A stretch of 64,000 bases of DNA from contig NC_043000.1 in assembly GCF_006345805.1 (NCBI RefSeq), positions 30,380,001 to 30,444,000 of the forward strand. Reading direction: 5' to 3'. The notes beneath the pieces were generated by a model, which was not told the origin of the DNA, did not search any database, and was given only the letters and a program-made list of their open reading frames with translations. Both the position numbers and the translations under genes were made by a program. Each line of letters starts with the position of its first letter. Position 1 is the first letter of the stretch. Origin of the DNA: Octopus sinensis (lineage: Eukaryota). This document shows, one piece after another, positions 51,033 to 63,838 of the stretch.

Positions 51033-54000
51033 CTAGCAGCATAGCCCGGCGTTGCCCGGGTATGTAAGAGCCCCTAGTAGGCAACGACTAATCCCAATGT
51101 AGTCCTTTCCCTCCAGGGAACGAAGGTGCATGTGGACGTTGCAATGTCTTGTCTTCACTGGAATACTTCTGTATATACGATGTTCCTAGCTGTCCGTTTG
51201 GGCGAAAACATGAAAACATCATTGCGCCTCCCAACGCGTGAACAGCCCACGTAGAGTTGACGTGGGCAAAGCACTGTTCGCCCAAATGTACCCAGCGACC
51301 TGTAGCGTTTGGCCTTGGGATTTATTGATGGACATTGCGAAGCAGAGTTTAACAGGAAACTGAGAACGCCTGAAGTGGATTGGTAGGTCAGCGCCCGACG
51401 GTTGAAGGTGCATCCGTGGAATGAAGACGTCCTCTCCCTTCCCACAACCGGTAAGTATTGTGCCGTTATTAAATGTGGTGCGCTGATCCCGTGTAGGTTG
51501 TTACCACGGGAGGAGATGATTATGTCACGGCTGTTGTGTTGCTCTCCGTGTATGACTGCGGCAATTCGTTGCACGCAGGTGCGTTGAAACGGCGTTCGTA
51601 CTCCCCGTGGGGTCGTTTATCAGCATCAATGACAACGGTGAAGTTGGAGATGGAGCAATGTCCAAGGCATATCTGAAGCTGCAGACGTAGCTGTTGATAT
51701 CATGAAGCATGGTTTGGAGACGGAGAAGAATGTCTTTGCGGGGAACATAGCTTGTACCCGGTATTATTCCAAGGCGTGCATCAACCTGGTGGTTGTAGTC
51801 GGCAATGAAGTATATTTGGAGTAAAGAAGACTGCTGAATCTCGTCTGGCAGAAGTGACCCAATAAGATGGTAGACCTGTCCCTGCACTTTGAAAGTAGGC
51901 ATCCAGCTTCTCTGGAGGAATTTTGGCCCCGAAAGAGGTCATTTGGAATGAGCAGTTGTACTTTCGAATTATTTCAAGGAATTGTGACGATTCGGGGGTT
52001 AAACCCGCCGCGAGATCCTTCAGTGGTTGAGGTGGTTCCCGTAGGGGTGGCAGGTCCACTTTGCCACCAGAGCAGCACAAAGCAGGTGGCTCTCCGTGCC
52101 ATTTCTTGGCTTTGCAAAACTGGCATACAATTGTCATTGACCCTATCTTGATGTCGTCACGCAAGGAGAAGTTAATTGTGGCGTCGTAGTTGAATGCTAG
52201 TGACAACCAGAAAGCGGGGGCAGGGGTACGTACACCACGAATGATATCCCGACGTTTGTTGATACTCTCAAGTCGAGTGCACCGTGCTTCAGCAGATTCA
52301 GATGCACGTGCGACAGCGGTAGCAGTGGCATCCCTTGAAAGCCTTTCAGCTCTCGCCTCAGCACCCTCTGAAGCCCTAGCAGAAGCAGTGTTAATGGCAT
52401 GTCTGGATGTCCGAATAGTTCGTTGGTGTGGAGTTTCGGCAGATCGAGCCATGGCTGTGTTTGCGGCGTTAGCAGCTTGGCGAGCTCTCCTCTGTTGAGG
52501 TGTTTCGGCAGCTTGGGCCATGGCTTTGTTTGCGGCGTCAGCATCTTGGCGAGTTCTCCTCTGCTGTGAGGTTTCGACAGATCGTGTCCTGGCGGTGCTA
52601 GTGGCGTTAGCCGCATTCCGAATGGCCCTTTGTTCGGGGTTCTCGCGAGCTCTGCGGATGGAAGCACAGTAAGAAGCCCGCATGTTTTGGCTGGACTGTT
52701 GCTCTTTCGTCAACCTCGAGCGGAGGGAAGATCTGTACGCTGCGACCCTTGCAAGTCGGGTAGAACGGTCGCTAGTAGTTTCAGATGCCTGAGCAGCGGC
52801 ATAACGGGAAGCTGTTTGCGAGAGGCGCAAGGCGGTTTCCTCGTGGGTCTCGCGTGCCCTTCTAGCCCTAGCAGCCGATGCCTTGGCCGTCCGAGGGCTG
52901 AGGAGGGTCCTTCTCTTCTTGGGTGGCATTTTGATGGATAGCAATGTGTTTGGCAAAGGTGTAATAAAAAGGAACACGTGGGGTAAGTATTTTGGTGGAT
53001 AGCAATGTGTTTGGTAAAGGTGTAATAAAAAGGAGCTCGTGGGGTAAGTATCCGAAAATGTATAAAAATGCACAAAAACGGCCAAAAAGCGGGCAGCAAT
53101 GTGAGTGACAACAACGAAAAAGTCAAAAGTGATCAAACTGAACAAACGAAAGGAAAAGTTTTTTTGATGCACACGACAAAAGTGGTTTATAATAAACCAA
53201 GAGTTTGCAAGTAGCGTCCGAGGACCGTTAGGGTACATCAAAAATTGAAGGTAAAACGTTTGGGGTGGTAGTTATAAAGAAAGTGTAAAAAAAAAAAGTA
53301 TTCGAATAACTTGCGGCTGCAGCAGCTATTAGCAGAAGTGGCGGTGGTGGGGGTAAAGTCTCGAATGTAATTTCTTCCTGGTAGGAATTGGTTGGATCGA
53401 ATTATCGATAGCTAAAAAGGTCAAGTTGCGTCCCCTAGACAGTCTGGTTTGTGTTTAATACACAAATTTGTTTGCTATGTGTGCCACATATGATTAAATT
53501 AACCGATTTTTTCCAATAATGTATCCTATTGGAATAAAAAGGGCTATATAGCTCCTTGGAGCAGACATGATGCTCATTGTGAAAAAAAAAAAAAATTCCT
53601 GCCAATTTGTGAAAGATATTGTCGAAAATATGTCATCTTGAATTTGAACGCGATTTCCCAAAATGGCATGATTTTATCGATTGTTCTGATGGTAAGGTAT
53701 TGCATGGAAAACTAACGTCAGAATTGAGTTTCTTAGGGTAATATTAAGCTTAACCATGAGTTTGGTGAAAATCGATTGCAAGTTGTGAAAACTACCATAG
53801 ATAATGCGTTGCATAAAAAAAGCTTAGATTCTCGAGTTGCGTCCCCTAGACAGTCTGTGGTTCGTGTTTCTGATTCTCGACCCCATGTCGAATTTATCAA
53901 TTTTTTTCAGAACTGGGGGAACTTTTCAAAATTTTCGCTGCGTTAGTTTTGAATTATGACATTGGGCTATGTGTGTGTCAAGTTTCATCAGAATCGGTTG

Positions 54001-54082
54001 AAAGCCGTGGTCAGAGTGAGGGTACGAGAAAACAGACACACAGAAACACGCACAGACAAACTGCCTTTTATATAGAGAGAGA
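51033..54082 (-). mobile_element. Helitron, 3050 bp, internally deleted and non-autonomous
   Basis: 5' A|TCTCTCTCTATATAAAAGG (54082). 3' hairpin CCCGG-GCAACG-CCGGG (51045-51060) then CTGCTAG|T (51033). Inserted in an AT dinucleotide with no TSD. Rep and PIF1-helicase remnants inside. Confidence 0.92.
51155..52929 (-). pseudogene. Helitron Rep/helicase (RepHel) pseudogene: basic N-terminus, 23-aa repeats, Zn-finger, Helitron N-terminal region, fused by deletion to the PIF1 helicase C-terminus
   Basis: MPPKKRR start at 52929; CQFCKAKKW..E...CCSGGKV; KYNCSFQMTSFG; frameshift ~51908; MPTFKVQGQVYHLIGSLLP; then EDVFIPRM, QFPVKLCFAMSINKSQGQTL and QLYVGCSRVG. Several frameshifts. Confidence 0.9.
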
Positions 54083-54228
54083 TTACGAAGTTGCATAGCA
54101 TTATTCTTATGTGTTATATATAATATATATATACATACATACATACATATATATATATATGTTGTGTGTGTGTGTGTGTGTGGTATGTATGTATGTATAC
54201 ACACAATATACATAACATATATATATAT

Positions 54229-54275
<47 letters not shown>

Positions 54276-54282
54276 TTATATT

Positions 54283-54314
<32 letters not shown>

Positions 54315-54547
54315 GATATAGATATATATATATATATATATATGAGATACTGGTGTCATTGAGCCCCAAAGGTGTCAGGTAATGCTGAATAAGTGCTATG
54401 ACGGACCATAGTTAAGTTTCAGATTCGGTAATTGCGAATAAATGGTTCAAATTTGGTTCTATGTCAGCGTGTGTATATAAGAATTTTTTGCGTAATAAGA
54501 AAAAACAAACAAAGTTGTGTAGATATTAGAGTATTTATAGATAGAAG

Positions 54548-54599
54548 GTCTTACAGCTGTTTCTAGGATATTTATTAATTATATCCCTTCATCGGAGAC
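54548..54599 (-). ncRNA. Predicted variant type I hammerhead (CCGAUGA core)
   Basis: GUCU-CCGAUGA-A GGGAUAU(AAUUAAUAA)AUAUCCU A-GAA-ACAGCUGU-A|AGAC. Helix I 4 bp, helix II 7 bp, palindromic helix III. Confidence 0.55.
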
Positions 54600-54700
54600 A
54601 GTGTGAGAGGACAGTAAGTCATAGTTAGGTTAGATGTGATACAAAATAGAGAGTGAGGTGGAGGAAAGAAAACAGATGCAAGATATGTATGGATATTGAA

Positions 54701-54922
54701 GTTGTAAATCCATTTTTTAGGCATAATGGTATATATGCAATATTCCAATATCCTATGAGTAAAGTCCAAAAGTCCAATAGAGTTTAAAATGATTCCATAC
54801 ATTGCTTATAAACTCTATATTTGCATGGACTCATTTTAAACTCTGTTGGACTTTTGAACTTTACTCATAGGATAATGGAATATTGCATGTATACCATTAT
54901 GCCTAAAAAATGGATTTACAAC
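54701..54922. repeat. Near-perfect hairpin, 98-bp arms, 26-nt spacer
   Basis: Arms 54701-54798 / 54825-54922, 5 mismatches. Confidence 0.95.
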
Positions 54923-56170
54923 AGAAAGCCACACATACATCTGGCTCTCCCCTTAGTGGAAGGTTTATAATTAAAACATAGAAGAGATATACATACATAC
55001 ACACACGCATACACACAGACACACAGACACACAGATACACAAACATAAATGCACGCACACACACACACACACATTTATACGATCGGTTTCTTTCAGACTC
55101 CGTCTATCAAATCGACTCAAAAGGCCCGACGCTATAGCAGAAGACATTATCTAAATGTGTCACGCAGTGGGACTGAACCCGGAACCATGTGGCTGAGAAG
55201 CTAAAACTGACATTAGTGCGCAGCAAGGCATTTCAAGTGGAGTATATTTAAGTAATTAGAATACCCCCATTATATGGCTAGTATTATTTCTGTCGTCCCC
55301 GTTGTGATGAAAAGCACAATCGATCGCGTCGGGATTCGAACTCATCTATGCTGAATATGAAATAATTACTCGATGGTGCCGAGAATTGAATTCTCTAATT
55401 GTAGAGAAAACTTGTTCGAGAAAACCCGGGAAAGCATAAAAATCCCTGACAGGAACGATTATTTGAAAACTAATTACGAATGGAAATGATTAAGCTGTAA
55501 GAAATCCGAACTAATTAATTTATTAATTACATCGCGCTTCTATTTTCGCGATTTAAATCATACGAATTTCCATTTATCTGGTGAGGATAATATAAAAGAT
55601 ATAAAACCGACGTTAATTGAGAGTCTACAGACTCCTCCCTGCAAACGTCAGCATCTCAATAGATATTTGATGTTAGTTACAAAGCCTCGGATTGCAGAAA
55701 TAGAAGACAGTGGGATGATCTGCTTTAATTTTGCCCTGAGAGATTATTCAACGTTAATTATCTGTATTGATGATAAGTAGTAATTCTACAGAGTAACATA
55801 TTACGTGTCTAGTCAAAGAAAACACTCGATCTTTGATGATAATATCCAGTTTGTAACTTTGTAGGAGTGGGTGTCATTTACAGCAGGTTACGTGTATTGC
55901 GCACAATTTAATTTTCATCTGTAAGAAATAGAGAAAATATGCACACACGTTCGTTGATTTGATAAACGAAGGAAAATAGGTATTGCACACATTTGGTAGG
56001 AGCTGCACATATGGTTATTATTTCATAATATAAGCAGCTCCTGCAAAAACCTAGTTCATTCAGGCCCGGTTTATTGGGTTTTCAGGTTCGGTAAATTGAG
56101 CCTGAACAAGCTTGGTTTCCGTAAGAATGTTAAGTCGCATGGAGATGAATCAAACAGTTGCAATAAGAAT

Positions 56171-56171
<1 letters not shown>

Positions 56172-56263
<92 letters not shown>

Positions 56264-56418
56264 CTATCTATCTGTCTGTCTGTCTGTTAGTCTATCTATC
56301 TATCTATCGATCTATTAATCTATCTATCTATCTGTCTATCTGTCTGTCTATCTATCTATCTACCTATCTATCTCTATATCTATTTGTCTCTCTATCTACC
56401 TATCTATCTATCTATCTG

Positions 56419-56452
<34 letters not shown>
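56172..56452. repeat. (TCTA)n/(TCTG)n tetranucleotide microsatellite
   Basis: Direct reading. It explains the IYLS ORFs. Confidence 0.95.
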
Positions 56453-56565
56453 AATCCATTTATACATACACTCACACGCACACAAAAGATACATGCATGC
56501 ACACAAAGGCACACACACACATGTAGATACATAGATAGTTCTACATACATATATGCGTATGTGGT

Positions 56566-56894
56566 GAAGGCGCTTGGCTTAGTGGTTAGGAGCATTCGGC
56601 TCACAATCGTAAGGTGTTGAGTTCAATTCGCGGCGACGCGTTGTGTCCTTGAGCAAAACGCTTTACTTCACGTTGCTCGAGTCCACTCAGCTGGCAAAAA
56701 TGAGTAGTACCTGTATTTCAAAAAGGGCCAGCCTTGTCACACTCTGTGTCACGCTGAATCGCCCTGGGAAATATTTTAAAAGGTGTAGTCGTATCTGTGG
56801 AGTGCTCAGCCACTTGCACGTTAATCTTACAAGCAAGCAGTTCGGTTGATAGTATCAGCTGGGACCATCGGTGCTTTAACCGACAGAGTGCACC
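56566..56894 (+). mobile_element. tRNA-derived SINE family D, full length
   Basis: GGCGCTTGGCTTAGTGGTTAGG..GAGTTCAATTC, central TTGTGTCCTTGAGCAA..CACGTTGCTCGAGTCCACTCAGCTGGCAAAAATGAGTA. Partial copies at ~3285-3395 and ~31605-31830 (-). Confidence 0.85.
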
Positions 56895-57569
56895 TTTTTT
56901 ATGCGTATGTATGTGTATATATATGTGTGTGAGTGTGTGTGTGTGTGTGTGTCTGTGTGAGTGTGTATGTACATGGATATATGTAGACATGCTTATGTGT
57001 GAGTCTGTATAGAGAAGTTGTTTATTATATGAAAAAAAATAGTCTAGACAGAGTGGTGAATCAGAAAATTAATTGTTTTTATATATTATTTTATATATCC
57101 TCGTATAAAGATTTTAGAAAATTGAGCCCGATTTCTCCAAAATAAAAATTGCTCTCCTTAACTAGTGTTAGGGTTAGGGTATTTGTTCTCTGAAAGGGAA
57201 CAACATCCTGTCTCACCGAGTTTAAATTATCTCTAAGAATATCAAGGAAGCCCTGTTAATTGAACCATAACAAATATCTTTCCCCTCCTGTCAGTTAAAT
57301 CTGAATTTAATGTAACATGTTAGAACAGAGCAGGAGTATCTTCACCGACCAATACTAACACACACACACACACACCTTAGCAATAACTTTCTAGTTCAAT
57401 CCCTACATCTTTGAATGAATTCCTAAAGACATTTATCACCCCACTCACAAAGACATATAAGGTCAACACTTCACATAAAACGCAAAGAATTTATCCGACC
57501 GAACATGTATAAACTGACCAGTCCACGTCAACATTCAAAATTTGCTGACAACTTTACATTATGGGTTCA

Positions 57570-58090
57570 TATTCCGCCGAGGTCGACTTTGCATGTCATT
57601 CTTTCGGGGTCGATAATTACCAGCTGATCAGTACTAGTTGAGCAACAGCGTCTATGTAATCGATTTACGCTTCCTCCCAATTTCCAGGCAATGTGCTAAT
57701 AGTAGAAAAAAAATTCTTTTCTACTCTAGGCACAAGGCCCGATATTTTTAGAGGTGGGGGCCAGTCGATTAGATTGACACCAGTAAGAAACTGGTACTTA
57801 ATTTATCGATCCCGAAAGGATGAATGTCGATTTCGGTGAAATTTGAACTTAGAACGTAGACAGACGTAATACCTATTTCTTTACTACCCACAAGGGGCTA
57901 CACACAGAGGGGACAAACAAGGACAGACAAACGGATTAAGTCGATTATATCGACCCCTGTGCGAAACTGGTACTTATTTAATCGACCCCGAAAAGCTGAA
58001 AGGCAAAGTCTACCTCGGCGGAATTTGAACTCAGAACGTAACGGCAGACGAAACACGGCTACGCATTTCGCTCGGCGGGCTAACGTTTCT
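57570..58090. mobile_element. Cluster of three SINE B fragments/copies
   Basis: Family-B motifs on + (~57570-57720) and on - (~57710-57870, ~57870-58090). Confidence 0.7.
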
Positions 58091-58687
58091 AGAAAGAATA
58101 TTATAAAAGTAACTATAACCTTTATATCATCGTATTGAGTTATATAACATATAATGTTTCTACGATGTATATTTGTATTTCGTAAACACACACACACATA
58201 CACACGCACGCACGCACACACACATATACACACGCACGCTCGCACACACACATACACGCACACAAAACCATATGTCAATCTTGGTGTTATGCACGAACCT
58301 TCTTATACAAATATCGTTAAACTTAAAAAGATATTTAATTCTTTCGTACGTAGATAGCATATTGGACGACCTCTAGTTGGATATCTCACGAATATTAGCT
58401 GAAATAACCATATGGGATAAAAAAATAAACAACAAAATATAAAAAAAATTTTTTAAGTAAATCGCACTATATGAATGTATATACTATATGAATGTATATT
58501 GAATTGATTGAAATGGTGTGCATTACCTGGAAATTACCTGAGATAAAATTAAGAGAACGTTTTTTTTGCTTAGAATAAATGCATAACGTGTTTAAATAAA
58601 TGTATATTTCTGTTCCATTTAATATTAATTAGACGATTTTTAATAAGTTTTAATATATCTCACTCCCACGACATAGATATACATATA

Positions 58688-58725
<38 letters not shown>

Positions 58726-59659
58726 TACACGCAAACATGCTTATGTACCTGTATATATGCACACACTCTCACACACATATATATTTACATATATACATCA
58801 TACATGTACAGATGTGTGTATGTATGTATGTATATACACATACATACACGATCGGTTATTTTATCTATTCCTCTATGGCTTCCAATTAAACAAGACTCCT
58901 AATTGAAATACAAAAACGTAATGAAATATTCATCGTTAAATCTCCAGGACGACATTGTAACTACATGATGCAACGTATGTGTGAAAGATAAATTGCAAAA
59001 GACAAGCTTCCCTTTAATTCTAGTTCCGAATCAGTAACTGGATTTCAACAGAGATTCTTGTTCAATTTCTTTGTCTTAGAAGCCAATCCAATTCATAGAA
59101 TTTTCAGTGAAGTATTCTAAACCATTATATTATTCTGGTAATTAATTACTATTCATAGTAAAATAGTATCAAGAATATAAATTACCGATTCGTTCAGATA
59201 TCTTTTCAGATATCTTTTCCCCATCCTCTCCCTCTGTCTCTTCCTTTAGCCCTTTCCCTCCATCTGTCTCTATTTCACTTCAGTAATATTCTTCATACTC
59301 ATCTCTGTACTAACAAGAATCGGAAGATTGTTCTTTATATCTTCAAAGGTTCAACGGAATGTTTTCTTAGTATAGTCGTAACAACAACTGATATATATAC
59401 AGTAATATGTGAATTAACCATTTATTTTTAATAATTGCCACGGGACAAACGATAAACTCTGTCATAGAGCAATAACGTCTCACCAGCATGTTAAGACGGC
59501 TATGAATGACAATTATGTATATGTCTTTACATACACTTATATACGTATTTGTATATATCGATATACATTTAATTAACCGGTTTCACAATTTTCATGATCT
59601 TCAAAATTTCTTAATTGTGGACTCACCTGCATTTTCGTCTTCATTTCTCTTCTTTTCAT

Positions 59660-59885
59660 ATATATTTCTTTATTGCCCACAGGGGGCTAAACATAGGGGG
59701 GACAAACAAAGACAAGGGTATTAAGTCGATTATCGAGCCCAGTGCGTAACTGGTACTTATTTAATCGACCCCGAAAGAATGAAAGGCAAAGTCGACGTCG
59801 GTGGAATTTGAACTCAGAACGTAGCGGCGGACGAAATACCGCTAGGCATTTCGCCCGGCGTGCTAACGTTTCTGCCAGCACGCCT
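59660..59885 (-). mobile_element. SINE family B
   Basis: GCTGGCAGAAACGTTAGCACGCCGGGCGAAATGCCTAGCGGTATTTCG...CCCTGTGGGCAATAAAGAAATA. Confidence 0.85.
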
Positions 59886-61859
59886 CTTCTTTACATATAA
59901 ATACATGCAAACAAGTTTTTTATGCGATCCGCGCACGCGCGCACACGTGTGTATGAAATTTTGAACTCACTTGTACCACCAATCTTGATCACTTCCTAAT
60001 TCGTTCAAAATCGAGACGAATCTATTATAAATTGCTCGAAGAAAACATTAAAAGGAATTATTATCGTTTCAGATAGATAACATTTGTAACTGAATTACAA
60101 CATTGATTCCCTATAAATCGGATTTGGTAAATGGCTTAATATTACAGGATCATTTCTGATTTCAGCCTTTCGTTTTATCCTTTATATTCGGTAACGTAAT
60201 GGAGCAAAATCTTCATAACTCTGGTTTTGTGTTAGTACCTGGCGAATGACTACATTGAGCAAAACCTCAGTACGAATTGGTTAAAAGCCAGCTTAGAGTC
60301 CAACAACCACTGTTAGCCGGTCAAATTTAAGGCTGCTACCGTGCTCAGTTAATTTAGGAATAACTATTTATATTTCATTGCAAAAAGTCAGCTGCGCTCT
60401 CAGCGATAGTGATTACCCAATGAAGATGTTTATAAAGGTAAGCGACTATAGATATCATATATAATCTGAACCAATGCTGCCTTCATCAATGAAACAGCAA
60501 ATCCTTTTCCGAATGATTACGTCAGTCATATGTTTAACATCACCACACGATCCTTGCGAGATATCAGCAGATTGCTGACTGTATTGTAACCAAATTGTCC
60601 ACATGAAGAAGACGTTGTCTGTTTCTCCCGATCCTCTCAAAAGGTGTCAAGGGTGTTCTCTTAACAACTTTGATCAATACATCAAACATGCTGCTAGAAC
60701 AACGTATATAGAGATTTGGAAAGTGCTTGTTTGTGCAAGTACAATCAGTCGAATACTGGATATCAGAATATTTCAGGAGTCATCGGGAGAGAATACGCAC
60801 CGTTTCGGGTCTTCCTCTCGACGGCTTTACAGCGCACCGCTCCATCCCCGTCACTGATATAAGACCCACGTACTGTTTCGACTGACTAGTATTCGACCTC
60901 AGGTTCATTTCGCGGTCTTCACCTCTCAAGCCAGGCTTCTTCATTTCTTTTCTGCCATATATACAATGGCTGGCCCTCTTAACTGTCGCCTGGATGAGAT
61001 ATAATATATTACACATTATGCTTAATTAAACTTGCAGTCACTAGAGACAGTTAGATTTCGCTATCTCTGAAGTGGAAGCAATATTTGTTCAAAGTGATAA
61101 GACATGATGTCACTTGTGTGCAGGATAATACATCGATTACATTCAACTCGATGTAGGGTAAATAACTCGGTAGAATGCATACATCAAGAATCTATAGTCT
61201 TCATGGGATCACATTCATATGGAGGACTTCAATATGAGAGTCATGAGCGGAACACGTGAGAGTGATGTGGAACTTATCGAAGAATTTATGGAAATTGGAA
61301 AATGGATGAAATAGCGTTTTAGTATATTTGTTGGCGTAGTTTCTTAAGCACTGAAACTTTTTCAATCAGTTGCAAGGTGTTCTTATCGATCCATTCTACG
61401 ATGGTTGTCTGGGATTTGCGAAAGTTACTTAAAACCTTTTAGCAGCTGAGTTTTGTGGATAACCAGAAAATCTTCGATGCCAATGAATAAACCGCTCCTG
61501 GTGTAATTTCATTATTGTAACGCATGAGGGAGTCCGTGGTTTGTAATCGTATTGACCCTTTAAGTTATATCGGATATAACATTACGAATGCATTGTTTCG
61601 TATTTCGAGTAAATTCTGCCTTGGTGCATAGTTTCAGCCAATGGTTCTTTCATGACAGAAATACTATTAAGGCTACAAACAAACTATGCAAGTTGCAGAG
61701 GCCCTGGATTGTTCCAAAGGTTTAAACAACCTAATTCAATAATTGTGGTACAGTGCAAGGTTGTACAAGTTAATGATTTTTATTTCTCATAGAAATAACT
61801 AATCTTGGTATCGGTCAGGCGATACAACCATGACTCTTGCTGATCTGGTTGAACCTATA

Positions 61860-61904
<45 letters not shown>

Positions 61905-63428
61905 GAAGTTAGCTGAGTTAGTGGTTACAATAACTGTCTAAGGTATGGAAGTGTCCATTACACAACAGAAACAGCTGTTAGATGGGATGCAGCCTATTTG
62001 TATTGAAATAATAAATAATAATTGATGAAGTCAAATGGTGTTCATCGATATGTCTCCATCTTCTGCCTTCTTTATATATATAATAAAGATTAAGTAGGAT
62101 CTGTATTATAGCGGACTTGTATGGACAAACAGTAAGTAGTAAATTTAAATAACTACAGTTGGAAAAAGAGCATCAAAAGCTCTGAACGCTTGACACAAGC
62201 AAACTTCAGGAGCTCGTCAGGAGAGAATGCGCTCTCTTTCGGAGCCTTCTTCTGGGCGGCTTCAAGCAGACTGGTTCTCTTCTGATGTAAGACCCTACCT
62301 ACAGGATCGACTGGTTAGTATTCGAACGTATGTCCTTCATCTCAGGATCTTCCTTTAAAAAGTAGAATGAGATTCGAGGGTGATGCTAACAGGCCGATAA
62401 ACCACGTAGCAGTTCCATACTTTTCTCGTTTATTTTCATTGGTAAGTATAGGATTCACCGTTGTCGCCTCATTTCGCGTCCTTCCTCTTCTGAGCTTTAA
62501 AACACACCGGCCCTCCTCACTGTTGTGATGTATTGCCCACTAGATCGACCGAACTAGCATGTAACCATAGATATTCGAACATACGTCCATCCCGTAATCA
62601 TTAGCTTCATTTTATACGTGACAAGAGAGGGTGACGTTCGAGTGAGATTTCCTTGTTATTTTTAGCTGTCAAGTAAAGCTCCTAACAGCACCATATTGTT
62701 CTTACTTCATTTTAATTCTTAAGTATACATTTTCCAGATAAATACAGATTAATTGGGACGCGTAATATAGGAGAGACGGATACACAGTAAATTGTACATT
62801 CAAATAACTGCAGTCGGAAGAATATGACAATGGTTCCATTAAAATGTCAAATTGTTGTTAATCTGTGACTAATTTATCTTTATGTTCTGTGGTACTTTGG
62901 CCCCACAATGATCTATTTCGACACTTTTCTATAATTTTTCCCTTTCATTTTGGCAATTCAAAATGGCTTCTTTTGATATTTCTTCTTCATACAATAGATC
63001 CTAACAATAGCTTAACATATTTCGGGAGTATTGTTAAATGTCAAATTGAAATTAATTTCACAATAATTGTTTCACTGTTTTCAATATATACTTCCTTTAA
63101 TGTTGAAAGACAAAATTAAGCACATATCGCTACAATAAATAAATATATATCATTGAGTATAGATCAAACACACGTCTCTATATTCACGGATTAAAACATT
63201 TTTTTTTTCACCATTAACACACAGACAAATATACATTCAAACATGTATCTATATAAAATCAATATATTAGTATCTCTATATACACGTGTACGTGAGTGAT
63301 TGCGTCGCTATTCACAGACTGGCAACCGGAAACTTAGATGCAGATCTCACGTGAACAATTCGAGGTCAGGTTTGCAATAATAGAAATAAAATAATATATA
63401 AACGTAGCATCGAAAACAAATACAGCAA

Positions 63429-63429
<1 letters not shown>

Positions 63430-63510
<81 letters not shown>
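63430..63510. repeat. (AAT)27 microsatellite
   Basis: Direct reading. It explains the poly-I ORF. Confidence 0.97.
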
Positions 63511-63657
63511 TTGCCGTTTATGGTTCATTGTATAAAGATCAGTGTAGTGATTTAGAGTTAAAACAACAGGATGTGCATTAGAAATTAATCGGTAGTATTA
63601 CACACTCAGACACACACACTATCATATTCACACATGCACACATACGCATTCTCCCCC

Positions 63658-63693
<36 letters not shown>

Positions 63694-63783
63694 CACAAGC
63701 ATACATCCTTACAACATATCATAGAGAATAGGTTTATAAATATACACACATGCATACATAGATAAGTACACACATACGCATAC

Positions 63784-63838
<55 letters not shown>

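Noticed and set aside
52190-52941. Plus-strand and alternative-frame ORFs overlapping the Helitron
   Set aside because: They are shadows of the GC-rich, stop-poor RepHel coding strand.
56566-56640. tRNA gene candidates (also 2880-2957, 23335-23405, 37500-37570)
   Set aside because: A/B boxes are present but there is no complete cloverleaf or acceptor stem, and each continues into a SINE body.
57168-57179. TTAGGGTTAGGG telomeric motif
   Set aside because: Only two units, too short to call an interstitial telomere.
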